Positions 1 to 13,700 of a stretch of DNA of 64,000 nt are shown in pieces. A program made the translations under genes and the position numbers. Position 1 is the stretch's first letter. Every line of letters begins with the position of its first letter. The DNA is taken from the IMG/VR virus record IMGVR_UViG_3300028591_000106, positions 32,001 to 96,000 of that record, one strand, 5' to 3'. Source of the stretch: a virus (Duplodnaviria; Caudoviricetes). Under the pieces are notes generated by a model. It had not been told where the DNA came from and did not search any database. It saw only the letters and a list, made by a program, of their open reading frames with translations.

Positions 1-3000
1 GCTGAAGCTCTTGAATTGACAACGGATACCATGAAACTTGCAACTATTGCAGGTAATGATTATTCAACTGCAACTTAGGAAATGACTGCCGCACTCCGTG
101 GTTTCAAAATGGAAATGGACGAAGGTAGCCATGTTTCTGATGTCTATTCTGAACTTGCTGCTCATGCAGCCGCATCTGTTGATGATATCGCACAAGCTAT
201 GTCAAGAACTGCATCTATTGCTAATTCTGCAGGTATGAGCTTTGAAAATACATCTGCATTCTTAACATAGATGATTGAAACTACACAGGAATCTGCTGAG
301 AATATCGGTACTTCTATGAAGACTATCATTGCTAGATTTACTGAATTAAAAAAGAATATAGCTGGTACTGCAGATTCTGAATTTGATGATCTCAATTTTA
401 ATAAGGTTGACGAAGCATTAAAATCTGTTGGAGTTGCTTTAAAAGACACTACTGGACAATTTAGAAATCTTGATGATGTTTTCCTTGAACTAAGTGGTAA
501 ATGGGCTTCTCTTGATCGTAACACGCAAAGATATATAGCAACTGTTGCTGCAGGTTCTCGTCAGCAGTCTCGTTTTATTGCTATGATGGACAACTATGAT
601 AGAACAGTTGAACTTATTAATACGGTTGCTGATTCAGAAGGAAAAGCAGATGAATAGTTCGCAAAAGCTGCGGATACTGTTGATTTTAAATTAAATGCTA
701 TCAGAACAAAATGGGAAGAATTTAAACTTTCTATTATGGATTCAAGTTTTGTTAAAAGTCTTTTAGATAGAGCTAATTCTTTAATGGATGGAATAAAAAA
801 TGTTAAAATGCCTTAGCTCGCAATAGGGTTGACTATCGCTGCTCCGGTAATAAAGCGTTTTGTTTTAACATTGATTAATTCTATTAAAAATAGTGCAAAA
901 CAATGGCAATCTTTAGGTTCTAATATAACTAATTTTATTGGAAAAGGAATTAAAAAACATCCAGTAAAATTAATGGCTCAATTAGAAATGGATAAAAATA
1001 AGTATAAAGAGCTTGAAGAAAAGAAAAAATAGCTAGAACAAAGTATTGCTTCTCATCCAATAAAAATATCTGCAAATGTAGATGAAAATTCATTAGAAAA
1101 ATTGAATGAAAGATTGACTGAATTAAAAACAAAATTCGGCGATTCTGAAATGACGGCAGAATAGTGGAGCGAAGAGCTTAAAGGTTGCGGTATTGCTACA
1201 GAAGATTTAGTTCCTATGTTAGAGAGACTAGCGCAAGGAGAAAAGCTCACTAATGAGCAAATAGCAGGATCTATTAGAAGTTTACAAGAATAGGAAAGTG
1301 CATTAAAAACTACTGATACCACAATGCAAGAAACTTCTACTAAGATATAGACGGCTTAGACAAAAATAAATGGATTAAGAAATGGTGTTGCAACTGTCGG
1401 TGCAGCTTTTACAGTTTTTGCTACATCATTATTTAGTGGTGTCGGAGCAGTAGAGAGTTTTTCTGCAGCAAACTCAATGTTAATAGCATCTTTAGCAAGC
1501 TTAGCTTTTCAAGCAATTCCGCAAGTAGTTGCAGCAGTTAAGATTGGAGGAGCTGAAACAAAAGCTGCTTTAGCATCTACTGGCATTGGAGCTGCGATTG
1601 TTGCAGCAGGTCTATTAATAGGAGTAATTGGTAAGGCTATTGCAAAAGCTAAACAACATTAGAAAGAGATGACAACAGAATATAAACTTTAGCAATAGTT
1701 AAATAAAATTTCAAATTTACAATAGTCAACCAGTTAGGCAAAAAGTGATTTATAGAATGCTAAAGACGAATTAAAGACAACAGAAGAGAAGTTAGATAGA
1801 TTCAAAGAATTGTCTGAAATGCAGGTAAAAACAACTGAAGAGCAAGAAGAATACAATAATTTAGTTGCAGAAATCAGATCTGAATACCCTTCAATTGTTT
1901 AGTATTATAACAGTATTACTGGAGAACTAACTATTCAAGAAACAAAAACTAAAAATATATTAGATATGTAGAGATAGCTTGTAGTTGAACAACAAAAAAG
2001 CTATGCTATGGCGTAGAATAATTTATATGATGCTAATATAAGAAAAGCACAATTAGAATCTATGCAAAAATTAGAAAAGTATGGAGAACTTTCATCATTA
2101 ACAACAACTAAAAAGAAAGATAAGTATGCAAGCTATAGGGGAGATGTTAGTGATGCTAGAAACACTCCTTCCAACTTTATAAAAGAATCTATTTTCTCTG
2201 GCGGAATTGCAAATGCAAAAAATGCAGGTTTAAGTTCTGAAAAAGCAATTGAATATAATTTAAATAGATATGGTATAGATAAAAATACATTTTTGAAATA
2301 GGCTGGATATAATACCACTTTGACAGATGAATAGTGGGATGATTTGGCTTCTAGTTTAATAAACAATTCGAATGAAATTTATAAAACTATTGAGGAAACA
2401 ACCAAAAAATCTATTAAGGCTATTGAAGATGAACGAGATAGTGCTATTTAGTATTATAAAGATATGAAAGCCGCCTCTATTAAATAGACATTATTAACTG
2501 AATTTGAGAATCTTGGAGAAGCAAGTGCAGATGCAATTTCAAAAGGAGCTTTAGATAATGTTTATTAGGTAATGGCGAAAGAAGCGACTTCTGACTATAT
2601 TGGACAGATGTCTACAGGATTTGTTAATGATCGTTATAATTATATAGAAGGAGGCCAAAACATAGGCAATCTCTTTGGACCTTTAGGTAGTATCATAGGT
2701 ACAGGAGTTGGCGCCTGGATTGGTTTAGCTAAGGAAGATAATCTTGCTGCTTGGGAAGACCTCGATAGTGATATTTAGAATATTTGGAAAGAAGTAGGAA
2801 AACAAAATGGTCATGAAGATGTTGTTGCTTGGTATGAAGAAATTAGATATGATGATGAAGATTATCAAAAATATCTTGAAGACTTTGCAAGTGTTGCAGA
2901 GACCTATTTTTCAGAAAAAATTGCAGAAGATATAGCAACAGCATTAGAAAGTAATCCAAAATTGGCTTAGACATTTGAAGATTTTAGTTCTAAACTTGCA

Positions 3001-6000
3001 ACAGGCGATTTAAATGAACAATAGCGCCATGATTAGTTTATAGCTACTCAAAATGCAATTAAAGAAGCTGGATTAGATCCTGAAACTGAACAGTCCCTTC
3101 TTAGATCTTTATATAATGAAAATAATTAGTATAAAAATAAGTTAGAGTAGCAAAAAAACTCTGTAAGAGGGCTATTTGGTAATGATGATGATGCTAATAA
3201 CTATCTTGAAAATTTAAGCGGAAAAGAATTAACTCAAATAAGTGATGCTGTCAATAAAATTATTGAATCTGCGGGAGAAGAGGCTGGACAGAAATATCTT
3301 AATAAATTATCTGACATGATGAAAGATTAGGGCCCAGAAATGACAGCTTAGTTAGCATTAATGCTTGATTTTTCTGAAGCAAATGATTATAATTGGGAAG
3401 ATTTTAAAGAAAAAGGTATTCAATCTATTATAGACACAGCAAAGGTAAGTAAGGACGAAGCTACTTCTATGTTTAATGAATTAGCTGATGCAGCATCTAA
3501 AGCTGGAATTTTAAATAAGCTTATGAGTATCGGAGATGTTAATTCTTTACAGGAGCAAATAGCCGGTAGAGAAGAAGCATTAATGAAGCATAAAGATATC
3601 GTAGAAAAAATCATGGGAACAGATAAGCCATTAAAATTAACATAGCAGGAAATTAAAAAATTATAGAAAGCCGTTTCAGACTTAGGAGACCAAGGCGTTA
3701 AATTAGATTTATCTAAATATTTAAAGGGAGATACTTTAAATGCTTAGGCTTTTAATGATGCTTTAACGACAGGCTTATTATTCTCAATACAAGACATTGA
3801 AACTGCCATTAAAAATCTAAAAGCTGCTGGTGGAGAAGATAATCTAGCTGTTGCCGAATAGCTAGGAGAAGTCTTGAATTTAGCTAAAGCTTTTAACATT
3901 AATGCAAAAGAAACATTCGAAAATTGGGATGATTTAGATAGAGTTATTAATGATGCTGCAAATAGTTTAGATAAAGTTGATAAAGTTATGAATCAATTTA
4001 TTTCTGATGGTTATGTTAATGCAGAGAGCATAGAAATCATAAGTGGGCTGCTTGAAGATCAAAATGATCTATATAAGTATGTTGATAACAATCTTGCTCT
4101 TAATGTTGAAGGACTTAAAGAATTAATTCATACCGAGATAGAAGATATTAAAGTTAAATATGCTCATGGAGAAGCTACAGCATATTAGCTACTTAAATTA
4201 GCAGCTCTTGAAAAATAGCTTTCTAATACAGAAAAAGAATGGAATACTTAGTCAAAAGATTTAGAAGATAAACATAAGAAAGCTATGGAAGATTATGCTA
4301 AGGCATAGGAAGATGTAACAGAAAAACAAAAGGCTCTTAATGAAGCTATTGCAGAATACAATAAACTTCTTTATGGTTCAGAAAATCGTCAATCTGGACT
4401 TGATCTTCTTTATAACTATAAAGAAGCAATATCTGCATTTTCTGATGAAATGGCTCGTGCATAGGAGCTTATTGAAGATTCTAAATCAGTAGATGATTCT
4501 GTTGCCGCGTTATCTCGTTATACTAATGCTGCTCATCAGAGACTCGCATATATGAATGCTTAGAATGAGCGCTATGATGCAGGACTTGCTGCTCGTAGGA
4601 ATCAGCTGCTTAGTGGAGCTACTTCTTATACTAATGAACTAACTGGAAATACAACAACAATTAACTTTGGTGATTATGTAAAATACAATGCAGATACCGG
4701 TTTGATTGCACTTGATTAGAAACTTATTCAAGATGCAAAAATTGCAGACGAATGGAAAGACTATATTGAAAAACAGGTTGATGATTATAATAAGCTTAGT
4801 ATGGAAAGCTTAAAGAATCAAGATGAAATTAGAAAACTCGAAAAAGAAATTTAGAAGCGTAGAGAAGATGCTATTAAGAAATATGCAGATTTTGAGAAAG
4901 ACATTGCAGAAACACTTAAAGAGGCTTATCAGAAACAAGTTGATGATTTAAAGGATAGATACGACTCTATGAAGGAAGCCGATGATGACTATCTTGATGC
5001 TCTTTAGGAAGCTATTGAAAAATAGAGAAAACTTAGAGAGCGTGAAAACAAATGGGAAGATTTAGCATAGAAGTAGAAAAAATTATCCCTTATGTAGAGA
5101 GACACCTCTGGAGCCAATGCTCTTGAAAATCAAAGACTTCAGAAAGAAATTGAAAAAGACCAAGAAGCTATGCTTGATGAGTCTATTGATTCAGCTATTG
5201 AAAATATGCAAAAACTTGCTGAAAAGTAGGATGAACTTAGATAGACAGAAGTTGAACTTAAGGAAGCTCTTCTTGATAATACCATGTATTGGAATCAACA
5301 AGCTGAAGGAGTTGCTCAAGGTTTCGAAACGGCTAAAGATTATGTTGAATGGTTTAAAAATACAGCAGTAGGATTAAATGAACAAACAGCGGCATAGTTT
5401 GAAAATACTATGAATGAAGCTCGAAATAAATTTGGGGAAGCTTCTGAAGAAATTGCTTGGCGTATCCAAGATGATATGACTTAGACGGGAGATGCAGTTG
5501 CTGAAACTATTGATGTTACAGCTGATGAAATTAAGAATATCGTCGCTACTACATCTGATACTTTTGTAGATGAGGTTAGCAACACTTTTGAGAGAACGAA
5601 ACGATCATTTAATGAAAATATGGATTCAGCAATCGAAAAAGTTCATAGTGCTCAAACTGCTTTACAAGAAGCTATTAATAAACTTAATGAAGCATCTGCT
5701 GCAGCAAAAGCAGCTTCTGAAGAAATTGCAAGACTTGAATATTAGATGTAGCATTAGCCACAAACTTCTTCTACATCTACGACAGATGCTGAAAATTATG
5801 GTATGACTGGTACATATGAAGCTCAAAAAGGTATTGCTGCCAATTTGGCTAATAATCTAACAAAATCTACAATAGACCAGTATATGTAGACATATGATTA
5901 GAGCATTATGAGTGGCGCAGTTTCAACTGCATTACATGATAATAAAAATATGTCATGGGATAATGCAAATAGAGCTGCTGATTATGCGACTGGTAGTGGA

Positions 6001-6504
6001 GGATATTCTTATTATACAGAACCTTGGGATAATAATACAGTATAGACTTTAAAAGATATTGGATTATGGGTAGCATCTTTAGGAAATTCATTACTTTTTG
6101 GTGATAAAGATTATTCTTCTTAGGCTTATTCAGCATATATGACATCAACTTATGGATAGGGTAAAGATAAAATTAAGCAATATTTAACTGGCGGACTTGT
6201 AAATTATACGGGTCCAGCTTGGGTTGATGGAACTTCTGATCGTCCTGAAGCATTCTTGTCTTCTGAAGATACAGAGCGTATTGGTAATGCAGCTAAACTT
6301 CTTTCTGATATTCCTGCTCTTACTCGTTCTAATATTTCAACTTCTAACTAGACTTATGGTGATACAAATATTGAAATTAACCTCAATATTGATCATATTT
6401 CTTCCGATGTCGATGTCGATGAAATGCTCGAAAGAGTTAAGCAAGAAATTGTTGATGTAGCTCGTCCTATTGGCACGAATGTTATTTTACAACAACAGGT
6501 TTAA
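1..6504 (+). CDS. Tape measure protein (5'-partial, >2160 aa), TAG=Gln readthrough
   Basis: ORF fragments at 82, 271, 829, 1477, 2062, 2572, 3361 and 3874 share one frame and are separated by TAG; first TAA is at 6502-6504. TP901-type TMP core (ESAENIGTSMKTIIARF, VAAGSRQQSRFIAMM), long coiled-coil, C-terminal GGLVNYTGPAWVDG..PE motif. Confidence 0.9.
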
Positions 6505-6510
6505 TTATTA

Positions 6511-6537
6511 GCCGCCATAGGCAAGACTTATGGCGGC
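6511..6537. other. GC-rich intergenic hairpin GCCGCCATA/TATGGCGGC
   Basis: Perfect 9-bp inverted repeat between the TMP stop and the lysin SD; no U-tract. Confidence 0.6.
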
Positions 6538-6559
6538 ATAATATAAATGAGGTGATATA

Positions 6560-7294
6560 ATGGCATTTATTCCTAGATTCACAAAACCAGAAGCCGGCAA
6601 TAAATATTATATTACTAAAGCCAAGGGCGGCTGGTCTACAGCAATTGTTGGTAATCCAACAGATCCTGATTGTAATGTTCTTCATAATTGCGTTGGATAC
6701 GCTTTTGGAAGATTTAATGAAATCATTGGCGATACAAAGATGACACATTTACAGCCAATTAACGCAGAAAACTTTTATGCCGTCGCTTAGTCACAAGGTC
6801 TTAAAACTGGACAAGAGCCTTAGCTTGGCGCTGTTATGGTTTGGCAAAAAGGACCAACCCTAAGCTATACAGATGGAGCAGGTCATGTCGCGGTAGTAGA
6901 ACAGATTAACGATGATGGCTCTATAATTACATCAGAGTCTGGATATGGCTGCGCATCAGCTTTCTGGACTTAGACTCGTAAAAAGGGTAACGGTAACTGG
7001 GGCGCAAATAGTAGTTATAAGTTTTTAGGTTTTATCTATTTGCCTGATGGTTCAGAAGTTAAGCCTACTCCACAACCAGTAATCCCTTCTCGTGTAATCA
7101 AAAAGGGAATGCATGGTGAAGATGTTAAACAAATGCAGACCAAGTTAGCAGCTAATGGATATCTTAGACAGACTGAAATTGACGGCGACTTTGGTAAGAT
7201 TACTCTTGGAGCGCTTCTTGCTTTCTAGCTTGAAAATGGACTTGAAGTTGATGGTCATTGCGGACCTGCAACAAAGAAAGCCTTGGGTATTTAA
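6560..7294 (+). CDS. CHAP-domain peptidoglycan hydrolase with C-terminal PG_binding_1 domain
   Basis: NCVGYAFGRF (catalytic Cys) and GHVAVVE (His); C-terminal KKGMHGEDVKQMQ..L...GY...IDGDFG..T..A..F(TAG=Q)..NGLEVDG; GAGGTG SD; in-frame TAGs; ends TAA. Confidence 0.88.
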
Positions 7295-7301
7295 TTAAAA
7301 T

Positions 7302-7330
7302 GGGAGGTCTTTTATAGACCTCCCTTTTTT
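7302..7330 (+). terminator. Rho-independent terminator
   Basis: GGGAGGTCT-tttat-AGACCTCCC followed by a T-run. Confidence 0.85.
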
Positions 7331-7372
7331 AGATTAAAGTCATAGCATTATTACATTATTTTAGATGAAGTC

Positions 7373-7401
7373 TTGACTTCGTTTCTGGATTATGGTATAA
7401 T
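7373..7401 (+). promoter_or_regulatory. sigmaA-type promoter (extended -10)
   Basis: TTGACT-17 nt-TATAAT with TGG before the -10. Confidence 0.75.
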
Positions 7402-7420
7402 AAAGAAAAAATGGGGTGAT

Positions 7421-10400
7421 ATGATGCAGCCAATAGATTTTCGAGGTTTTCGTTTTGGCAATGTGCATTCTAGTGATTTACAGCTAGAAGTTGTAAGTAC
7501 ATCCAATAGATATGAAGCTCGAACACTTCCTGCCCCTACTGATACGGTACAGGATGTGCCGGGCAGCGACGGACAGTATTATTTTGGTTCTGTCTTTAAG
7601 AATCGAGAAATTACTGTTAATGTGGCTTTTGATAATGTATCTGAATAGATTTATAGAAAAATCAGATAGCTGTTTGCAACAGATAAGCTACAAGATTTAG
7701 TTTTCGATGAAGAACCCTATAAGACTTGGAAAGCTAAATTGAAAGCAAAACCTGAATTTAAATCTTTGTGCTTTAAAGACGATGACGGGAATAGAATTTA
7801 TAAAGGCGACGGCAAATTATAGTTTATCTGTTATTTCCCTTATGCTTTTGGTTTTGATAAATATATTGTTAAAGCCGCAGATTACTATATGCTAAATACG
7901 CCAGAATAGATTCTTTGTGAGTTGTCCAATGATGAAGATAATTTTTATTTCGCTTCTCGCAGCTTGCCAGCTCCAGCATGGATTCCACAGGATTTGCGTT
8001 ACCATTATAATGTCAATCCTAAAGATGGGATGTATCAAGATATACAGGGCATAAGAGGTCCTTATATTGAAAGACCTAAAGACTATCAAAATAAAGGTGA
8101 TAGATATTGGGATCCAAATGATGGACTTTCTTGGAAGACTGGCTTCCCTACTATTGAGTAGGTATAGAACGGAGAGCTTTATTTTGATTTAAATGGAGAT
8201 ACTAAAACTTTAATTACAACTAGAGGATATTGGGATAATATTCCAGATTGGCAATCTACAGCAAAGTTATTGACAACACCAACATTGGATTACGAATAGG
8301 GGCTTATGTATATGCCGCAATACTCTAAGACAAACTATGTTAATATGGAGGTCGGCTTTGACAGTAGCCGTCCATTGATTGGTACAAGATTACTAGTATA
8401 TAATCCTGGCGACCTTCCAATTGATTGGTAGTTAAAAATCAATGAAAATAAACGAAGTTTCTGGTCTGGTCGCGGCAGCGAGAAATTCCGTATCAGAAGA
8501 TTTAATGTCGAAAGACTTTCTATTCCTGAAGCTGTTGATTGGTGTATGATGACTCCATATTATCAGAGAGATAAAGATGTCTTTAAATATGGTAATAAAT
8601 ATTTTAGAAGAAAGAAGTTTGATGTTGGAAAAATAATTGATGAAATTTACAAGGCAGAACAGAATGGCAGCCCTCTTGAGTTTACTGATGGTAATGGAAA
8701 TCTATTATCAACAGATGATTTAGTTTATATGATTCAACATGGATGCTTCCCTGCAGACAAAACTTGGGGGATCGAAGTTACTATCAACTTTAAATGTAGG
8801 AATAAAAATACTGGTAAAGAATTTCCAGTAGTGTACCAAAGTTTAATGGCAGAACTTCCAATAGATCTTATTAACAAAATTAAAAGTTATAGATTATATG
8901 AAAATGTTCAATGGAATGAAAATGAGTTATCTCCTACAGATTTAGAAGCCTGCTAGGTAAAAGATTTCACCAGATCTGAAGGAATAAAAGTTGCATATTA
9001 TTTAGGTTTTCCTCCTGATGAAGAGTGGGCTTAGTAGCACTATTATAATGAAAAAACTCATTATTATATTCAAGATCCTTATGAAGTAGTGTCTTTATTT
9101 ATTGGACTATTGCCAGATAGCAATCGTATGGATTATGACTATGATTATGAAAAATTTGATAGTGATCCAATTACTATAAAAGATGATGAGGCTCTTCGCA
9201 AGGCTAGCGAGTCAGGAGCAGTTACAGAATATCGTCCAAAGTCTCCAAGAGTTGCTTATAATCTTCATTTAGATAATCCTCGTTCTGGCGGACGCTTATT
9301 TAACAATAACAATCAAAATGACATCTTCGTTTATGAAGAGCTAGGAGACGCTCATCCCAAATATTGCTATTATGCAGAGCCAATTCCAAGACAGAAATTA
9401 GGAGAATATATCCGACTGTTCTATTGGCAAACAAAGCAATTATCTGAAGGAGAAATTGTTTATAATGATGTAAAGCTCAGAGAATTTGCAGACTGGGTTA
9501 ATAAAAACTTCTATATGTCTAATAAGATTAACTATGAAAAAGGAATTAAGCTAGCAGATAGATATGAAGAAGTCTTTAAATAGTGCATTGATGAAAAAGA
9601 AGAATTTGAACTATATTGGGATACATTAAAACAGTTATTCCAAGACTTTATCCCTATTTCAGAGGATGCTAGCTGGCAAGAATTATTCTATGACTATGTT
9701 AATGCACCGCTAGAATATGTTCCCACAGATTCAAGAGACTTGGACTATGGACAGGAAATATTTAATGCTTTTAAATATCCAGCTTGGATGACACCAGACT
9801 ATTTAGAGATAGATTCAAGTAAATTAGGCGCAATTCCTCTTATAACAGAATATATGAAAGCTATTAACTTAGATGAAAAGAGTTTGTTTACCGGTAAGAA
9901 GGTTTATTATGATAGCTCTTTACTTTCTGCCGCAAAATATTAGTAGTTAAGACTGAAACTTAATAAACTGCTTAATGACGGAGATTGTATCAACGACTTG
10001 ATTGATGATTGTTATTACATCAATAGTGATACAAGAATGCTTTATGCACTTGAAGAACCAAAAGGTTCTGAATTCAATTATAAGCCAAATAAAGTAGTAA
10101 TGAATGAAGCTATTACTAAAGGAAAATGGTTTAAACTCCCTCCTGGATGGTCACTTATTACTATTGAGCCTGTTATGGATGAAGACTTATATGGCGGAAA
10201 GCGTTGGGTTGATGCTCGTCCATTTGATTGGGGCTATGGCGGCGATATGAATAACAATGCAAAAGAAGTAGAACAGCTATTTGAATTGATCTATGATTTT
10301 GCAGATACAACATTTAGGACATTAAAATATCAAGAAATGAATGTTGCAATTCCAGAAGAAGATAGAGAAACCTACTGGGAGACTCCTTTTAACAAATGGT

Positions 10401-10774
10401 ATGAAAATAAAATTGATGGTAATGAAAATCAATTTATGGTTGAATATTATTATCATAAGCGTTCTCGTGCCGAATAGGAATTCTTATCTATTATTGATGA
10501 CTACTGGAACATGGTTGCTCCTTATTATACTTGGACTTCACGAAAAGGAGTATATCAGTAGGCAGATAAAGAGACGGCGGCAAAAGATGGCGTACTTTAT
10601 CTTGATCAGAAATTTGATGTAAACGGAGTTCCAATTCATAGTATTACAAATCATATTTCTGATTGGTGGTGGTATGCTTGTAACTATTTGTGGGGTAATT
10701 TCCCTCCTATTTACTGGACTGCCGCTGATATGTTAAACAATATGAAAATTGAGTATACACCATTATTCTATTAA
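7421..10774 (+). CDS. Distal tail (Dit)-like protein with large insertions (~1117 aa)
   Basis: N-terminus GFRFGNVHSSDL...DVPGSDGQYYFGS...REITVNVAFD...LVFDEEPYK is typical of siphophage Dit. Fragments 7373, 7922, 8546, 9089, 9740 and 9998 are in one frame, joined by TAG. Lies downstream of the TMP. Confidence 0.75.
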
Positions 10775-10786
10775 CGGGGTGATTAA

Positions 10787-13700
10787 ATGGGTATGATAAA
10801 ATATCCTTATGAACTATCCGTATGGAAAGAAGAACTAAATGGTACAAACAAAAAGATTGAGTCAAAGGGCGTCATTATTGGCGCCCATGACATGAATTAT
10901 CTTGGTAAGGCTACAAGTATCACTTTAACAAGAAAACTTAATGGTACTAATGTATTAGTCTTTTCAATGCCAGATAGATACTTCGATTCATTAACTGGTG
11001 AATTTGTTCGTAATGAGTTAATTGATGTTCTATCACCAGAAAGTAAAATTAAATTTCATTATAAAGATAGATGGTATGAGTTCTTTATTAAAAAAGTAGA
11101 CGAGAAGAAAATTTTTAAAAGCTATATAAAAACATTCACTTGTACTGACGCTTTTATTGATGAACTTTCTCGCAATGGTTATGGTATTACTTTTGATACT
11201 GAATTAAATAACAATGTTGAAGAGCTTGGTACTTTTACAGAAGAAGTCCTTGAAGATAGCATTTGGGCTTATGCTCCACAATATAACTGGGGAGATTTTA
11301 CCGAGTTTAAAGAAGAAAAGTTATTTAAAATACCTGTCAGTTAGTTCAAAAATTTAATTGGATATAAGCTAAGTTTCGGACTATCTAATAAACAATTAGA
11401 GTCTTTTGATGATTAGGAGATTACAAATGTCTCTACTGGTGATAAGCGTCCTATTGTATTGAGCGATGACATCGCTAGAAAGTGTTTTTGGGATTAGAGA
11501 GATGACTCACGCGGAACGCCAGATAATCAATTAAAACAAAAATTGGTTACAGATATTCCTAATGATGGATATATCTATGTACCTTATTCTTGTTTGAACT
11601 TCTGCTATGGAGCAGATGAGCCTAGTAATGAAAAAATTAAATATGATAGGGCGGCAACAGAAGTAGCTCTTAACTACCCTGGCACAGAAAAGCTCGCAAT
11701 CGCTCCGCCAAGCGTAGATCCTAGAACTTTAATTTAGTTCTATGCTATTCCGACAGATATGCCAATAGAGATTGACGATGCAGGAGTCATATTGAATACA
11801 GACTTTTGTTACTTTATGACTTTGAAATAGTGGAATGAGAATGTAGCAAACGATAATTGGTATTTCTTTGAAGATACTAGATTAGTTAGTGCAGAGGTCC
11901 TTGGATCTGTAGATTTGGAAGATGCTACTATTAGTCACACCTATCGTTATATTAAAAATGATACCGATGTTTTAGGTACTGCTAAAGAGGCTCTAGGAAA
12001 TAAATGTTTAACATATGATGGATATTTAAGCGACATCAATGATACAAATATAATTAAGGGAAAGAAATTTTCAATTACTAATAGAACAGAAGTTAATATC
12101 TCTGAAGACATTGATCAATATGTTACAGTATATAATAATCATGCCAATGAATTTGCAGGAGAATATACCAGTGACACTTGGGAGTATTCTACCTCTGATC
12201 CTGTTCCTTATAGAGTTTGTTCAAAACTTGAAACTAGATAGATAATCCCTCAGCTTGCTAGAAACCTTATTTAGAACGGCATTAAGATGGATTCAGAAGA
12301 TGGATGGGCGCCGATGTCATATATTTCTTTAGAAGACCGTCTTGTTTAGAATCCTTCTTTCCATCTTAGAACTATTAAGTATGATAGTGAAGAGAATAAT
12401 GACGATATTATTGATGATACAGCTTTATTATATGCATCTTCAAGAAGCGCAGTTGGATATCAATATAGATATGTTCCAAAGAAAATTGATAACACAGACA
12501 AATACTATACCGAAGAAAATTTGGTTATAAAATTTAGTCGAGAAGAAACAGTCTCTTATCCTTTTGCCGATGATATTAACTATGTATTCAATCAAATCTT
12601 TTCTGGAAATCCATTAATAAAAATGGGAAAGAAATATTATTTGTATGGTTATTAGAATCAAGAAGATAAAGAGAATAACCTTCTAAAATATATATTCATC
12701 TGTGAACACGCCACAAATAATCCTATTTATAAGGCACTTAATGAATTAGGTAGTATAATCAAGAATAATTCAGAAGCTGAAACTGTTTGGTATGAATATC
12801 CTCAGAAGATATCTTCAGACAGCGGAGAAATTGAAGGAATCTCATATATAATCCAAGATAGAGATTGGTATTACAAAGAAGGACAGTTAAAATATACTCC
12901 GAAAGATATGCCTCAGCAAAGTTCAGAAGATTTATCTAGTGCCTGCTCAATCGTAAATTTTGGTATTGTTGGTCAATAGAAAACAATTGAGAAGAACAAA
13001 ATTTACTGTGTAGGAATAGCAGCATTTTCTGAAATAAATCAGGATGGAGCTAAAGAAGGAGCGTTTGAGATATATATCGGTGAAGGGAGTCTTGTTCAAG
13101 ACGGCATCTACAAGATTGATGAAAAGAACTCTATAAAGTTAGATTCTACTTGTTTTTATCCTGTCGGTGAAGTATATAATAACTAGCCAAACTGGGATAA
13201 TTTAGACATTTTAACTGATGATATCTCTATTGGAAAAATGCCACCATAGCGTTTTATCTTCTTGAAATCAAATATGACTATTTAGAACCCATACTTTGTT
13301 ATTAAAACAAAGAAAAAGATGTTGATTTTTGAGCTTTATCTTTTTGAATGTTATACGAAAGGTAGAGACAGTTTTGCAGACGATAGTTTAAAATATCGTT
13401 ACAGTGGAAGAGATTTGTTCTGGCCTGTGACTAGCGAAGTAGAAACTGATGAACCTAGATTTAAATACTCTCCTTTTATGAGTAAAGAAGAAGCATCCCA
13501 TTATGTTATTTTTGAAGATGACATTATGCTAGGATCAACCTATACTTATTAGCATTATTTTATCCAGAGATTAAAAGCTATAAAGATCATAGATACGAAT
13601 GGTAAAAAATAGGAATAGATTAGTTATTATGATACTTGCGGAAAGAAGAGCTTTATTGATACTAAAGACTTCGTAGCTGGTGAACTTCCTTTAGATGAGT

